Shown here in pieces: positions 63,858 through 64,000 of a stretch of 64,000 bases of DNA. The notes beneath the pieces are model-generated. The model worked only from the letters and a program-made list of their open reading frames with translations, did not search any database and was not told the origin of the DNA. The DNA lies in the NCBI GenBank assembly GCA_963716855.1, contig CAVQUV010000006.1, positions 39,342 to 103,341 of the forward strand, in the 5' to 3' direction. The stretch comes from an uncultured beta proteobacterium. Lineage in GTDB: Bacteria > Pseudomonadota > Gammaproteobacteria > Burkholderiales > SG8-39. Numbering within the stretch: position 1 is the stretch's first letter; each line of letters begins with the position of its first letter. The position numbers and the translations under genes were made by a program.

Positions 63858-64000
63858 ATGCTCGAGCCCCTGAAGCCCGTCTCGCCCTTCGCGAAAATCG
63901 CGCTCGGCACGGCGTTCTTCGTGCTGTTCATCGGCGCCTGGGCGCTCGTCACGTTCGGCGGCGTGATCGACGGGATGTTCCTCAAGGATCCCGTCTACAC
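63858..64000 (+). CDS. ABC transporter permease (NitT/TauT family), N-terminal fragment running off the window
   Basis: Own translation from ATG 63858: MLEPLKPVSPFAKIALGTAFFVLFIGAWALVTFGGVIDGMFLKDPVY. A hydrophobic first TM, positioned after the SBP. Confidence 0.6.
   Translation, partial: MLEPLKPVSPFAKIALGTAFFVLFIGAWALVTFGGVIDGMFLKDPVY

Overview
GC-rich (roughly two-thirds G+C by eye) proteobacterial chromosome. Gene order looks typical of Betaproteobacteria / Burkholderiales-like genomes: tsaB-rimI-udg; tig-clpP-clpX-lon-hupB-tRNA-Val-tRNA-Asp-ppiD; mltD-methyltransferase-rnhA...dnaQ. There are about 60 protein genes and 3 tRNAs, packed tightly, with many ATGA/GTGA stop-start overlaps and three convergent pairs whose stop codons overlap. 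I saw no transposase, integrase, phage, CRISPR or recognisable defence genes, so this reads as core/metabolic DNA rather than a mobile island. Blocks from left to right: (1) HADH + SDR; tsaB-rimI-UDG; a LemA-TPM-TPM membrane module. (2) Orphan small proteins, a signal-less HtrA-like protease, an LplT-like MFS and a TM2-like protein. (3) LysR, a degenerate GATase-like protein, alr and radA. (4) The hpnCDE squalene module. (5) tRNA-Leu and the tig/clp/lon/hupB/ppiD proteostasis block. (6) fabI and a 4-gene peptide-type ABC importer. (7) mltD, methyltransferase, rnhA, an RND pair and dnaQ. (8) A fatty-acid/ETF island: acyl-CoA ligase, enoyl-CoA hydratase, etfBA, a large acyl-CoA dehydrogenase, a Pat-type GNAT, ETF-QO, a thioesterase and acetoacetyl-CoA synthetase. 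(9) A histidine-utilisation locus (hutF, hutI, hutG, hutH, hutU) interrupted by a membrane HdrD/EtfD-like Fe-S oxidoreductase. (10) A MetE-like protein and the start of a NitT/TauT-type ABC system. Items most worth a second look: lon is broken by four +1 insertions within 160 bp around the Walker A box. etfB, hutI and one or two small genes also carry single-base frameshifts, all in G contexts, so this may be an assembly artefact or real decay. A short GAACAAGGGG...CCCCTTG hairpin repeat family occurs in two intergenic regions. An 80-bp patch at 30 percent GC sits upstream of the GNAT gene. The Fe-S oxidoreductase lies inside the hut locus. The RND pump is wedged between rnhA and dnaQ. I found no clear-cut novel multi-gene system; the candidates below are hypotheses from sequence reading only, with no database search.
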